Shown: piece after piece, positions 63,841 to 64,000 of the stretch
Numbering within the stretch: position 1 is the first letter of the stretch
Layout: the number at the start of each line of letters is the position of its first letter
Source: Vulcanimicrobiota bacterium
GTDB lineage: Bacteria > Vulcanimicrobiota > Vulcanimicrobiia > Vulcanimicrobiales > Vulcanimicrobiaceae
DNA: 64,000 nt
Assembly (NCBI GenBank): GCA_963714015.1
Contig: OY970223.1
Location: 3,200,001 to 3,264,000, forward strand
Direction: 5' to 3'
Made by a program: the position numbers and the translations under genes
The notes under the pieces: model-generated
Databases searched by the model: none
Told to the model about the DNA's origin: nothing
What the model saw: the letters and a program-made list of their open reading frames with translations, nothing else

Positions 63841-64000
63841 ATACCCGTTTGCGCATTTAGGCAGGAAGCGCTAAATTACTGCGCGCCCCGCAAGGCGGGT
63901 ATACCCCATGGCAACCTATGCTCGAACCCAGCCATCAGCAAGAAGAACGAGCGCAAGTCGACCCGCATCGCTTGACGTTCGGAAATCGCATCCTCGATGC

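Noticed and set aside
63908..64000. Possible gene start at the window edge
   Set aside because: Too short to assign frame or product.

Overview
GC-rich bacterial chromosome segment. It combines diderm markers (TonB-dependent receptors, LPS heptose epimerase) with Firmicutes-like clusters (topA-trmFO, ymdB-spoVS-PHP) and many lipoproteins, which is most reminiscent of Eremiobacterota/Vulcanimicrobiota (inference only). Housekeeping content includes topA, trmFO, metK, ahcY, etfAB, an RpoE/RseA/RseB-like trio, tRNA-Asn and tRNA-Leu. The most striking region is a ~12 kb metal/redox locus (23748-36128). There, two related His-containing membrane leader ORFs end in an RPPP motif, and each is followed immediately by an RNA stem that occludes the Shine-Dalgarno sequence of the next gene. 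The downstream genes are a Cyc2-like cytochrome-porin (fused to a second cytochrome c and a YtkA-like domain, followed by a Tat multicopper oxidase) and a TonB-dependent receptor. This architecture suggests metal-sensing ribosome-arrest control. The right end is a small decayed island at tRNA-Leu(UAA). It is bounded by ~300-350 bp imperfect direct repeats and carries a paralog of the chromosomal GGRKK-repeat histone-H1-like gene. About ten single-base frameshifts in otherwise intact genes most likely reflect sequencing or assembly errors. All family calls are from motif recognition by eye, not from database searches.
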